NCBI GenBank assembly: GCA_964016885.1
Contig: OZ024749.1
Coordinates: 12,028,001 to 12,092,000 of the forward strand
Length of the DNA stretch: 64,000 bases
Direction of reading: 5' to 3'
From: Eledone cirrhosa
Lineage: Eukaryota
Shown here one piece after another: positions 25,301-38,379 of this stretch. Under the pieces are notes generated by a model. The model was not told the origin of the DNA. It saw nothing but the letters and a program-made list of their open reading frames with translations, and searched no databases. The translations under genes were made by a program, and so were the position numbers. Position 1 is the stretch's first letter; every line of letters starts with the position of its first letter.

Positions 25301-28300
25301 GTTTTCCAGTCTCCTTTCTGAGTTGCCCAGTAACTGTTTATATGCTAAAGGGTTAAGTCTTGCAGTGTCCTTTCTGAGTTGCCCAGTAACTGTTTATATG
25401 CTAAAGGGTTAAGTCTTGCAGTGTCCTTTCTGAGTTGCCCAGTAACTGTTTATATGCTAAAGGGTTAAGTCTTGCAGTGTCCTTTCTGAGTTGCCCAGTA
25501 ACTGTTTATATGCTAAAGGGTTAAGTCTTGCAGTGTCCTTTCTGAGTTGCCCAGTAACTGTTTATATGCTAAAGGGTTAAGTTTTCCAGTGTCCTTTCTG
25601 AGTTGCCCAGTAACTGTTTATATGCTAAAGGGTTAAATTTTCCAGTGTCCTTTCTGAGTTGCCCAGTAACTGTTTATATGCTAAAGGGTTAAGTTTTCCA
25701 GTGTCCTTTCTGAGTTGCCCAGTAACTGTTTATATGCTAAAGGGTTAAGTTTTCCAGTGTCCTTTCTGAGTTGCCCAGTAACTGTTTATATGCTAAAGGG
25801 TTAAGTTTTCCAGTGTCCTTTCTGAGTTGCCCAGTAACTGTTTATATGCTAAAGGGTTAAGTTTTCCAGTGTCCTTTCTGAGTTGCCCAGTAACTGTTTA
25901 AATGCTAAAGGGTTAAGTTTTCCAGTGTCCTTTCTGAGTTGCCCAGTAACTGTTTATATGCTAAAGGGTTAAGTTTTCCAGTCTCCTTTCTGAGTTGCCC
26001 AGTAACTATTTATATGCTAAAGGGTTAAGTTTTCCAGTTTCCTTTCTGAGTTGCCCAGTAACTGTTTATATGCTAAAGGGTTAAGTTTTCCAGTCTCCTT
26101 TCTGAGTTGCCCAGTAACTGTTTATATGCTAAAGGGTTAAGTCTTGCAGTGTCCTTTCTGAGTTGCCCAGTAACTGTTTATATGCTAAAGGATTAAGTTT
26201 TCCAGTGTCCTTTCTGAGTTGCCCAGTAACTGTTTATATGCTAAAGGGTTAAGTCTTGCAGTGTCCTTTCTGAGTTGCCCAGTAACTGTTTAAATGCTAA
26301 AGGGTTAAGTCTTGCAGTGTCCTTTCTGAGTTGCCCAGTAACTGTTTATATGCTAAAGGGTTAAGTCTTGCAGTGTCCTTTCTGAGTTGCCTAGTAACTG
26401 TTTATATGCTGAAGGGTTAAGTCTTCCAGTGTCCTTTCTGAGTTGCCCAGTAACTGTTTATATGCTAAAGGGTTAAGACTTGCAGTGTCCTTTCTGAGTT
26501 GCCCAGTAACTGTTTAAATGCTAAAGGGTTAAGTCTTCCAGTGTCCTTTCTGAGTTGCCCAGTAACTGTTTATATGCTAAAGGGTTAAGTTTTCCAGTGT
26601 CCTTTCTGAGTTGCCCAGTAACTGTTTATATGCTAAAGGGTTAAGTTTTCCAGTGTCCTTTCTGAGTTGCCCAGTAACTGTTTATATGCTAAAGGGTTAA
26701 GTTTTCCAGTGTCCTTTCTGAGTTGCCCAGTAACTGTTTATATGCTAAAGGGTTAAGTTTTCCAGTGTCCTTTCCGAGTTGCCCAGTAACTGTTTATATG
26801 CTAAAGGGTTAAGTCTTGCAGTGTCCTTTCTGAGTTGCCCAGTAACTGTTTATATGCTAAAGGGTTAAGTTTTCCAGTGTCCTTTCTGAGTTGCCCAGTA
26901 ACTGTTTAAATGCTAAAGGGTTAAGTTTTCCAGTGTCCTTTCTGAGTTGCCCAGTAACTGTTTATATGCTAAAGGGTTAAGTTTTCCAGTCTCATTTCTG
27001 AGTTGCCCAGTAACTGTTTAAATGCTAAAGGGTTAAGTCTTGCAGTGTCCTTTCTGAGTTGCCCAGTAACTGTTTAAATGCTAAAGGGTTAAGTCTTGCA
27101 GTGTCCTTTCTGAGTTGCCCAGTAACTGTTTATATGCTAAAGGGTTAAGTTTTCCAGTCTCCTTTCTGAGTTGCCCAGTAACTGTTTATATGCTAAAGGG
27201 TTAAGTTTTCCAGTCTCCTTTCTGAGTTGCCCAGTAACTGTTTATATGCTAAAGGGTTAAGTCTTGCAGTCTCCTTTCTGAGTTGCCCAGTAACTGTTTA
27301 TATGCTAAAGGGTTAAGTTTTCCAGTCTCCTTTCTGAGTTGCCCAGTAACTGTTTATATGCTAAAGGGTTAAGTTTTCCAGTCTCCTTTCTGAGTTGCCC
27401 AGTAACTGTTTATATGCTAAAGGGTTAAGTTTTCCAGTCTCCTTTCTGAGTTGCCCAGTAACTGTTTATATGCTAAAGGGTTAAGTTTTCCAGTCTCCTT
27501 TCTGAGTTGCCCAGTCACTGTTTATATGCTAAAGGGTTAAGTCTTGCAGTGTCCTTTCTGAGTTGCCCAGTAACTGTTTATATGCTAAAGGATTAAGTTT
27601 TCCAGTGTCCTTTCTGAGTTGCCCAGTAACTGTTTATATGCTAAAGGGTTAAGTCTTGCAGTGTCCTTTCTGAGTTGCCCAGTAACTGTTTAAATGCTAA
27701 AGGGTTAAGTCTTGCAGTGTCCTTTCTGAGTTGCCCAGTAACTGTTTATATGCTAAAGGGTTAAGTCTTGCAGTGTCCTTTCTGAGTTGCCCAGTAACTG
27801 TTTATATGCTGAAGGGTTAAGTCTTCCAGTGTCCTTTCTGAGTTGCCCAGTAACTGTTTATATGCTAAAGGGTTAAGTCTTGCAGTGTCCTTTCTGAGTT
27901 GCCCAGTAACTGTTTATATGCTAAAGGGTTAAGTCTTGCAGTGTCCTTTCTGAGTTGCCCAGTAACTGTTTATATGCTAAAGGGTTAAGTCTTGCAGTGT
28001 CCTTTCTGAGTTGCCCAGTAACTGTTTATATGCTAAACGGTTAAGTTTTCCAGTCTCCTTTCTGAGTTGCCCAGTAACTGTTTATATGCTAAAGGGTCAA
28101 GTCTTGCAGTGTCCTTTCTGAGTTGCCCAGTAACTGTTTAAATGCTAAAGGGTTAAGTCTTGCAGTGTCCTTTCTGAGTTGCCCAGTAACTGTTTATATG
28201 CTAAAGGGTTAAGTCTTCCAGTCTCCTTTCTGAGTTGCCCAGTAACTGTTTATATGCTAAACGGTTAAGTCTTCCAGTCTCCTTTCTGAGTTGCCCAGTA

Positions 28301-31300
28301 ACTGTTTATATGCTAAAGGGTTAAGTCTTCCAGTCTCCTTTCTGAGTTGCCCAGTAACTGTTTATATGCTAAAGGGTTAAGTCTTCCAGTCTCCTTTCTG
28401 AGTTGCCCAGTAACTGTTTATATGCTAAACGGTTAAGTCTTCCAGTCTCCTTTCTGAGTTGCCCAGTAACTGTTTATATGCTAAAGGGTTAAGTCTTCCA
28501 GTCTCCTTTCTGAGTTGCCCAGTAACTGTTTATATGCTAAAGGGTTAAGTCTTCCAGTCTCCTTTCTGAGTTGCCCAGTAACTGTTTATATGCTAAAGGG
28601 TTAAGTCTTCCAGTCTCCTTTCTGAGTTGCCCAGTAACTGTTTATATGCTAAAGGGTTAAGTCTTCCAGTCTCCTTTCTGAGTTGTCCGGTAACTGTTTA
28701 TATGCTAAAGGGTTAAGTCTTCCAGTCTCCTTTCTGAGTTGTCCGGTAACTGTTTATATGCTAAAGGGTTAAGTCTTCCAGTCTCCTTTCTGAGTTGCCC
28801 AGTAACTGTTTATATGCTAAAGGGTTAAGTCTTCCAGTCTCCTTTCTGAGTTGCCCAGTAACTGTTTATATGCTAAAGGGTTAAGTCTTCCAGTCTCCTT
28901 TCTGAGTTGCCCAGTAACTGTTTATATGCTAAAGGGTTAAGTCTTCCAGTCTCCTTTCTGAGTTGTCCGGTAACTGTTTATATGCTAAAGGGTTAAGTCT
29001 TCCAGTCTCCTTTCTGAGTTGTCCGGTAACTGTTTATATGCTAAAGGGTTAAGTCTTCCAGTCTCCTTTCTGAGTTGCCCAGTAACTGTTTATATGCTAA
29101 AGGGTTAAGTCTTCCAGTCTCCTTTCTGAGTTGCCCAGTAACTGTTTATATGCTAAAGGGTTAAGTCTTCCAGTCTCCTTTCTGAGTTGCCCAGTAACTG
29201 TTTATATGCTAAAGGGTTAAGTCTTGCAGTGTCCTTTCTGAGTTGCCCAGTAACTGTTTATATGCTAAAGGGTTAAGTTTTCCAGTCTCCTTTCTGAGTT
29301 GCCCAGTAACTGTTTATATGCTAAAGGGTTAAGTCTTCCAGTCTCCTTTCTGAGTTGCCCAGTAACTGTTTAAATGCTAAAGGGTTAAGTCTTGCAGTGT
29401 CCTTTCTGAGTTGCCCAGTAACTGTTTATATGCTAAAGGGTTAAGTCTTGCAGTGTCCTTTCTGAGTTGCCCAGTAACTGTTTAAATGCTAAAGGGTTAA
29501 GTCTTCCAGTCTCCTTTCTGAGTTGCCCAGTAACTGTTTATATGCTAAAGGGTTAAGTCTTGCAGTGTCCTTTCTGAGTTGCCCAGTAACTGTTTATATG
29601 CTAAAGGGTTAAGTCTTGCAGTGTCCTTTCTGAGTTGCCCAGTAACTGTTTATATGCTAAAGGGTTAAGTCTTGCAGTGTCATTTCTGAGTTGCCCAGTA
29701 ACTGTTTATATGCTAAAGGGTTAAGTCTTGCAGTGTCCTTTCTGAGTTGCCCAGTAACTGTTTATATGCTAAAGGGTTAAGTCTTGCAGTGTCCTTTCTG
29801 AGTTGCCCAGTAACTGTTTATATGCTAAAGGGTTAAGTCTTGCAGTGTCCTTTCTGAGTTGCCCAGTAACTGTTTATATGCTAAAGGGTTAAGTCTTGCA
29901 GTGTCCTTTCTGAGTTGCCCAGTAACTGTTTATATGCTAAAGGGTTAAGTCTTGCAGTGTCCTTTCTGAGTTGCCCAGTAACTGTTTATATGCTAAAGGG
30001 TTAAGTCTTGCAGTGTCATTTCTGAGTTGCCCAGTAACTGTTTATATGCTAAAGGGTTAAGTCTTGCAGTGTCCTTTCTGAGTTGCCCAGTAACTGTTTA
30101 TATGCTAAAGGGTTAAGTCTTGCAGTGTCCTTTCTGAGTTGCCCAGTAACTGTTTATATGCTAAAGGGTTAAGTCTTGCAGTGTCCTTTCTGAGTTGCCC
30201 AGTAACTGTTTATATGCTAAAGGGTTAAGTCTTGCAGTGTCCTTTCTGAGTTGCCCAGTAACTGTTTATATGCTAAAGGGTTAAGTCTTCCAGTCTCCTT
30301 TCTGAGTTGCCCAGTAACTGTTTATATGCTAAAGGGTTAAGTCTTGCAGTGTCCTTTCTGAGTTGCCCAGTAACTGTTTATATGCTAAAGGGTTAAGTCT
30401 TCCAGTCTCCTTTCTGAGTTGCCCAGTAACTGTTTATATGCTAAAGGGTTAAGTCTTGCAGTGTCCTTTCTGAGTTGCCCAGTAACTGTTTATATGCTAA
30501 AGGGTTAAGTCTTGCAGTGTCCTTTCTGAGTTGCCCAGTAACTGTTTATATGCTAAAGGGTTAAGTCTTGCAGTGTCCTTTCTGAGTTGCCCAGTAACTG
30601 TTTATATGCTAAAGGGTTAAGTCTTGCAGTGTCCTTTCTGAGTTGCCCAGTAACTGTTTATATGCTAAAGGGTTAAGTCTTGCAGTGTCCTTTCTGAGTT
30701 GCCCAGTAACTGTTTATATGCTAAAGGGTTAAGTCTTGCAGTGTCCTTTCTGAGATGCCCAGTAACTGTTTATATGCTAAAGGGTTAAGTCTTGCAGTGT
30801 CCTTTCTGAGTTGCCCAGTAACTGTGTATATGCTAAAGGGTTAAGTCTTGCAGTGTCCTTTCTGAGTTGCCCAGTAACTGTTTATATGCTAAAGGGTTAA
30901 GTCTTGCAGTGTCCTTTCTGAGTTGCCCAGTAACTGTTTAAATGCTAAAGGGTTAAGTCTTCCAGTCTCCTTTCTGAGTTGCCCAGTAACTGTTTATATG
31001 CTAAAGGGTTAAGTCTTCCAGTCTCCTTTCTGAGTTGCCCAGTAACTGTTTATATGCTAAAGGGTTAAGTTTTCCAGTCTCCTTTCTGAGTTGCCCAGTA
31101 ACTGTTTATATGCTAAAGGGTTAAGTCTTCCAGTCTCCTTTCTGAGTTGCCCAGTAACTGTTTATATGCTAAAGGGTTAAGTCTTGCAGTGTCATTTCTG
31201 AGTTGCCCAGTAACTGTTTATATGCTAAAGGGTTAAGTCTTGCAGTGTCCTTTCTGAGTTGCCCAGTAACTGTTTAAATGCTAAAGGGTTAAGTCTTCCA

Positions 31301-34300
31301 GTCTCCTTTCTGAGTTGCCCAGTAACTGTTTATATGCTAAAGGGTTAAGTCTTCCAGTCTCCTTTCTGAGTTGCCCAGTAACTGTTTATATGCTAAAGGG
31401 TTAAGTTTTCCAGTCTCCTTTCTGAGTTGCCCAGTAACTGTTTATATGCTAAAGGGTTAAGTCTTGCAGTGTCCTTTCTGAGTTGCCCAGTAACTGTTTA
31501 TATGCTAAAGGGTTAAGTCTTGCAGTGTCCTTTCTGAGTTGCCCAGTAACTGTTTAAATGCTAAAGGGTTAAGTCTTCCAGTCTCCTTTCTGAGTTGTCC
31601 GGTAACTGTTTATATGCTAAAGGGTTAAGTCTTGCAGTGTCCTTTCTGAGTTGCCCTGTAACTGTTTAAATGCTAAAGGGTTAAGTCTTCCAGTCTCCTT
31701 TCTGAGTTGCCCAGTAACTGTTTATATGCTAAAGGGTTAAGTCTTGCAGTGTCCTTTCTGAGTTGCCCAGTAACTGTTTATATGCTAAAGGGTTAAGTCT
31801 TGCAGTGTCCTTTCTGAGTTGCCCAGTAACTGTTTATATGCTAAAGGGTTAAGTCTTGCAGTGTCCTTTCTGAGTTGCCCAGTAACTGTTTATATGCTAA
31901 AGGGTTAAGTCTTGCAGTGTCCTTTCTGAGTTGCCCAGTAACTGTTTATATGCTAAAGGGTTAAGTCTTGCAGTGTCCTTTCTGAGTTGCCCAGTAACTG
32001 TTTAAATGCTAAAGGGTTAAGTCTTCCAGTCTCCTTTCTGAGTTGCCCAGTAACTGTTTATATGCTAAAGGGTTAAGTCTTGCAGTGTCCTTTCTGAGTT
32101 GCCCAGTAACTGTTTATATGCTAAAGGGTTAAGTCTTGCAGTGTCCTTTCTGAGTTGCCCAGTAACTGTTTATATGCTAAAGGGTTAAGTCTTGCAGTGT
32201 CCTTTCTGAGTTGCCCAGTAACTGTTTATATGCTAAAGGGTTAAGTCTTGCAGTGTCCTTTCTGAGTTGCCCAGTAACTGTTTATATGCTAAAGGGTTAA
32301 GTCTTGCAGTGTCCTTTCTGAGTTGCCCAGTAACTGTTTATATGCTAAAGGGTTAAGTCTTGCAGTGTCCTTTCTGAGTTGCCCAGTAACTGTTTATATG
32401 CTAAAGGGTTAAGTCTTGCAGTGTCCTTTCTGAGTTGCCCAGTAACTGTTTATATGCTAAAGGGTTAAGTCTTGCAGTGTCCTTTCTGAGTTGTCCGGTA
32501 ACTGTTTAAATGCTAAAGGGTTAAGTCTTCCAGTCTCCTTTCTGAGTTGCCCAGTAACTGTTTATATGCTAAAGGGTCAAGTCTTGCAGTGTCCTTTCTG
32601 AGTTGCCCAGTAACTGTTTATATGCTAAAGGGTTAAGTCTTGCAGTGTCCTTTCTGAGTTGCCCAGTAACTGTTTATATGCTAAAGGGTTAAGTCTTGCA
32701 GTGTCCTTTCTGAGTTGCCCAGTAACTGTTTATATGCTAAAGGGTTAAGTCTTGCAGTGTCCTTTCTGAGTTGCCCAGTAACTGTTTATATGCGAAAGGG
32801 TTAAGTCTTGCAGTGTCCTTTCTGAGTTGCCCAGTAACTGTTTATATGCTAAAGGGTTAAGTCTTGCAGTGTCCTTTCTGAGTTGCCCAGTAACTGTTTA
32901 TATGCGAAAGGGTTAAGTCTTGCAGTGTCCTTTCTGAGTTGCCCAGTAACTGTTTATATGCTAAAGGGTTAAGTCTTGCAGTGTCCTTTCTGAGTTGTCC
33001 GGTAACTGTTTAAATGCTAAAGGGATAAGTCTTCCAGTCTCCTTTCTGAGTTGCCCAGTAACTGTTTATATGCTAAAGGGTCAAGTCTTGCAGTGTCCTT
33101 TCTGAGTTGCCCAGTAACTGTTTATATGCTAAAGGGTTAAGTCTTGCAGTGTCCTTTCTGAGTTGCCCAGTAACTGTTTATATGCTAAAGGGTTAAGTCT
33201 TGCAGTGTCCTTTCTGAGTTGCCCAGTAACTGTTTATATGCTAAAGGGTTAAGTCTTGCAGTGTCCTTTCTGAGTTGCCCAGTAACTGTTTATATGCTAA
33301 AGGGTTAAGTCTTCCAGTCTCCTTTCTGAGTTGCCCAGTAACTGTTTATATGCTAAAGGGTTAAGTCTTGCAGTGTCCTTTCTGAGTTGCCCAGTAACTG
33401 TTTATATGCTAAAGGGTTAAGTCTTCCAGTCTCCTTTCTGAGTTGCCCAGTAACTGTTTATATGCTAAAGGGTTAAGTCTTGCAGTGTCCTTTCTGAGTT
33501 GCCCAGTAACTGTTTATATGCTAAAGGGTTAAGTCTTGCAGTGTCCTTTCTGAGTTGCCCAGTAACTGTTTATATGCTAAAGGGTTAAGTCTTGCAGTGT
33601 CCTTTCTGAGTTGCCCAGTAACTGTTTATATGCTAAAGGGTTAAGTCTTCCAGTCTCCTTTCTGAGTTGCCCAGTAACTGTTTATATGCTAAAGGGTTAA
33701 GTCTTGCAGTGTCCTTTCTGAGTTGCCCAGTAACTGTTTATATGCTAAAGGGTTAAGTCTTCCAGTCTCCTTTCTGAGTTGCCCAGTAACTGTTTATATG
33801 CTAAAGGGTTAAGTCTTGCAGTGTCCTTTCTGAGTTGCCCAGTAACTGTTTATATGCTAAAGGGTTAAGTCTTCCAGTCTCCTTTCTGAGTTGCCCAGTA
33901 ACTGTTTATATGCTAAAGGGTTAAGTCTTGCAGTGTCCTTTCTGAGTTGCCCAGTAACTGTTTATATGCTAAAGGGTTAAGTCTTCCAGTCTCCTTTCTG
34001 AGTTGCCCAGTAACTGTTTATATGCTAAAGGGTTAAGTCTTGCAGTGTCCTTTCTGAGTTGCCCAGTAACTGTTTATATGCTAAAGGGTTAAGTCTTGCA
34101 GTGTCCTTTCTGAGTTGCCCAGTAACTGTTTATATGCTAAAGGGTTAAGTCTTGCAGTGTCCTTTCTGAGTTGCCCAGTAACTGTTTATATGCTAAAGGG
34201 TTAAGTCTTCCAGTCTCCTTTCTGAGTTGCCCAGTAACTGTTTATATGCTAAAGGGTTAAGTCTTGCAGTGTCCTTTCTGAGTTGCCCAGTAACTGTTTA

Positions 34301-37300
34301 TATGCTAAAGGGTTAAGTCTTCCAGTCTCCTTTCTGAGTTGCCCAGTAACTGTTTATATGCTAAAGGGTTAAGTCTTGCAGTGTCCTTTCTGAGTTGCCC
34401 AGTAACTGTTTATATGCTAAAGGGTTAAGTCTTCCAGTCTCCTTTCTGAGTTGCCCAGTAACTGTTTATATGCTAAAGGGTTAAGTCTTGCAGTGTCCTT
34501 TCTGAGTTGCCCAGTAACTGTTTATATGCTAAAGGGTTAAGTCTTCCAGTCTCCTTTCTGAGTTGCCCAGTAACTGTTTATATGCTAAAGGGTTAAGTCT
34601 TGCAGTGTCCTTTCTGAGTTGCCCAGTAACTGTTTATATGCTAAAGGGTTAAGTCTTCCAGTCTCCTTTCTGAGTTGCCCAGTAACTGTTTATATGCTAA
34701 AGGGTTAAGTCTTGCAGTGTCCTTTCTGAGTTGCCCAGTAACTGTTTATATGCTAAAGGGTTAAGTCTTGCAGTGTCCTTTCTGAGTTGCCCAGTAACTG
34801 TTTATATGCTAAAGGGTTAAGTCTTGCAGTGTCCTTTCTGAGTTGCCCAGTAACTGTTTATATGCGAAAGGGTTAAGTCTTGCAGTGTCCTTTCTGAGTT
34901 GCCCAGTAACTGTTTATATGCTAAAGGGTTAAGTCTTGCAGTGTCCTTTCTGAGTTGTCCGGTAACTGTTTAAATGCTAAAGGGATAAGTCTTCCAGTCT
35001 CCTTTCTGAGTTGCCCAGTAACTGTTTATATGCTAAAGGGTCAAGTCTTGCAGTGTCCTTTCTGAGTTGCCCAGTAACTGTTTATATGCTAAAGGGTTAA
35101 GTCTTGCAGTGTCCTTTCTGAGTTGCCCAGTAACTGTTTATATGCTAAAGGGTTAAGTCTTGCAGTGTCCTTTCTGAGTTGCCCAGTAACTGTTTATATG
35201 CTAAAGGGTTAAGTCTTGCAGTGTCCTTTCTGAGTTGCCCAGTAACTGTTTATATGCTAAAGGGTTAAGTCTTCCAGTCTCCTTTCTGAGTTGCCCAGTA
35301 ACTGTTTATATGCTAAAGGGTTAAGTCTTGCAGTGTCCTTTCTGAGTTGCCCAGTAACTGTTTATATGCTAAAGGGTTAAGTCTTCCAGTCTCCTTTCTG
35401 AGTTGCCCAGTAACTGTTTATATGCTAAAGGGTTAAGTCTTGCAGTGTCCTTTCTGAGTTGCCCAGTAACTGTTTATATGCTAAAGGGTTAAGTCTTGCA
35501 GTGTCCTTTCTGAGTTGCCCAGTAACTGTTTATATGCTAAAGGGTTAAGTCTTGCAGTGTCCTTTCTGAGTTGCCCAGTAACTGTTTATATGCTAAAGGG
35601 TTAAGTCTTCCAGTCTCCTTTCTGAGTTGCCCAGTAACTGTTTATATGCTAAAGGGTTAAGTCTTGCAGTGTCCTTTCTGAGTTGCCCAGTAACTGTTTA
35701 TATGCTAAAGGGTTAAGTCTTCCAGTCTCCTTTCTGAGTTGCCCAGTAACTGTTTATATGCTAAAGGGTTAAGTCTTGCAGTGTCCTTTCTGAGTTGCCC
35801 AGTAACTGTTTATATGCTAAAGGGTTAAGTCTTCCAGTCTCCTTTCTGAGTTGCCCAGTAACTGTTTATATGCTAAAGGGTTAAGTCTTGCAGTGTCCTT
35901 TCTGAGTTGCCCAGTAACTGTTTATATGCTAAAGGGTTAAGTCTTCCAGTCTCCTTTCTGAGTTGCCCAGTAACTGTTTATATGCTAAAGGGTTAAGTCT
36001 TGCAGTGTCCTTTCTGAGTTGCCCAGTAACTGTTTATATGCTAAAGGGTTAAGTCTTGCAGTGTCCTTTCTGAGTTGCCCAGTAACTGTTTATATGCTAA
36101 AGGGTTAAGTCTTGCAGTGTCCTTTCTGAGTTGCCCAGTAACTGTTTATATGCTAAAGGGTTAAGTCTTCCAGTCTCCTTTCTGAGTTGCCCAGTAACTG
36201 TTTATATGCTAAAGGGTTAAGTCTTGCAGTGTCCTTTCTGAGTTGCCCAGTAACTGTTTATATGCTAAAGGGTTAAGTCTTCCAGTCTCCTTTCTGAGTT
36301 GCCCAGTAACTGTTTATATGCTAAAGGGTTAAGTCTTGCAGTGTCCTTTCTGAGTTGCCCAGTAACTGTTTATATGCTAAAGGGTTAAGTCTTCCAGTCT
36401 CCTTTCTGAGTTGCCCAGTAACTGTTTATATGCTAAAGGGTTAAGTCTTGCAGTGTCCTTTCTGAGTTGCCCAGTAACTGTTTATATGCTAAAGGGTTAA
36501 GTCTTCCAGTCTCCTTTCTGAGTTGCCCAGTAACTGTTTATATGCTAAAGGGTTAAGTCTTGCAGTGTCCTTTCTGAGTTGCCCAGTAACTGTTTATATG
36601 CTAAAGGGTTAAGTCTTCCAGTCTCCTTTCTGAGTTGCCCAGTAACTGTTTATATGCTAAAGGGTTAAGTCTTGCAGTGTCCTTTCTGAGTTGCCCAGTA
36701 ACTGTTTATATGCTAAAGGGTTAAGTCTTGCAGTGTCCTTTCTGAGTTGCCCAGTAACTGTTTATATGCTAAAGGGTTAAGTCTTCCAGTCTCCTTTCTG
36801 AGTTGCCCAGTAACTGTTTATATGCTAAAGGGTTAAGTCTTGCAGTGTCCTTTCTGAGTTGCCCAGTAACTGTTTATATGCTAAAGGGTTAAGTCTTGCA
36901 GTGTCCTTTCTGAGTTGCCCAGTAACTGTTTATATGCTAAAGGGTTAAGTCTTCCAGTCTCCTTTCTGAGTTGCCCAGTAACTGTTTATATGCTAAAGGG
37001 TTAAGTCTTGCAGTGTCCTTTCTGAGTTGCCCAGTAACTGTTTATATGCTAAAGGGTTAAGTCTTCCAGTCTCCTTTCTGAGTTGCCCAGTAACTGTTTA
37101 TATGCTAAAGGGTTAAGTCTTGCAGTGTCCTTTCTGAGTTGCCCAGTAACTGTTTATATGCTAAAGGGTTAAGTCTTGCAGTGTCCTTTCTGAGTTGCCC
37201 AGTAACTGTTTATATGCTAAAGGGTTAAGTCTTGCAGTGTCCTTTCTGAGTTGCCCAGTAACTGTTTATATGCTAAAGGGTTAAGTCTTGCAGTGTCCTT

Positions 37301-37321
37301 TCTGAGTTGCCCAGTAACTGT
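13383..37321. repeat. Intronic satellite array: 56-bp monomer, 427 units plus a partial unit (~24 kb), with higher-order repeats
   Basis: Monomer cctttctgagttgcccagtaactgtttatatgctaaagggttaagt(c/t)tt(g/c)cagt(g/c)t. First cctttc at 13385, last at 37297; difference 23912 = 427 x 56 exactly. Confidence 0.97.
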
Positions 37322-37512
37322 AAAGCCTACTTCTGAAATTAGTGTTTTCAAAATTATCTGTAAAACACAAACCTGCCAAAAATTATTTCATTAACTCTTA
37401 ATGTTCTGTACGGCATGAAATCTCATTAGGAAGGCAAACTTGAAACATACAGCATCACATCATAAAATCAACATTTTTACTTTATTACACATTTTCACGA
37501 TTTCTTCCCTAG

Positions 37513-37594
37513 TATCAATATTTGAATTATCAATATTTGAATTATCAATATTTGAATTATCAATATTTGAATTATCAATATTTGAATTATCAAA
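37513..37594. repeat. 15-bp tandem repeat, ~5 copies
   Basis: Unit atcaatatttgaatt, ~85 nt into the intron after the SH2 exon donor. Confidence 0.9.
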
Positions 37595-37679
37595 TCTATT
37601 ATTTTTTTTAGACATTTTCTGCAAAGTTATGAGGGGTGTGAAAAGTGAAGCCAACTCGGAAGAAATGAAATACACATAC

Positions 37680-37843
37680 TTGAGTACAAGGCTTTCTGAG
37701 ATTAACACACAAGCCATCAGCATCACGGCTATAGTGTTCCACCAATTCTGACAGGGTACGAAATGTGACTCTTCGAGCAATAAAGAAACCTCCTTCATCA
37801 AGTTGTCGAATTCTGTAATGTTTGACGGTGTCTCCATCACGAA
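37680..37843 (-). CDS. Src42A: Src-family tyrosine kinase (Src42A/FRK-like), coding exon: C-terminal half of SH2 domain
   Basis: Manual translation: (V)RDGDTVKHYRIRQLDEGGFFIARRVTFRTLSELVEHYSRDADGLCVNLRKPCTQ, matching the Src42A SH2 end. Acceptor ttttctttcattgtAG (AG at 37845-37844), donor GTATGT (GT at 37679-37678). 164 nt, phase 1 in, phase 0 out. This frame is absent from the ORF track. Confidence 0.95.
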
Positions 37844-38379
37844 CTACAATGAAAGAAAATTTGAAAACATGAGCGGAAATTCTAATATCAAAACAAAGTA
37901 TTATAAACTGTAAACCCTTCTTTTATTACCATATTTCTCATAACTAACACTGCATATGATTTTCAAATAATTTAGAAAATAAGGTATTGTAGTTTGAAGC
38001 ATTGTAAAAAGTGTAGAAAATAGAATAGTTAATATGAAGTATTGTGCGATATGTAATAATTGATGAGAACTTCAGAAAGCTGCTATAATGCAGGCAAACG
38101 ATGACAAATAAAACAAAACAAACCCTCTTTTTTAAATACAAAACAAAAATGGTGCATTCTTCCTTGAAAACTTTTAGAGGAATTTAATGAAATAACTTTT
38201 CATTAATAAGTGGATGTTTGGAACATTAAAAATTTTCAAAAATTACATTATGATGGAAGGTTTTAATATAAGAATGATTATTTTAAAATGGGCAATTTTG
38301 TATTAGAAAACCAGGTGAGTTGGAACCAAAAGAGTTTTAGTAGATGGAAACTGCAGAAGCCCATCATATAAAAAGGACT

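Noticed and set aside
13383-37321. CRISPR-like repeat-spacer array
   Set aside because: No unique spacers (only about four haplotypes at three positions), no cas genes, eukaryotic intron context; it is a satellite.
37460-37840. 126-aa minus-strand ORF with NSNID repeats
   Set aside because: Wrong-frame overlap of the real SH2 exon plus a 15-bp tandem repeat.
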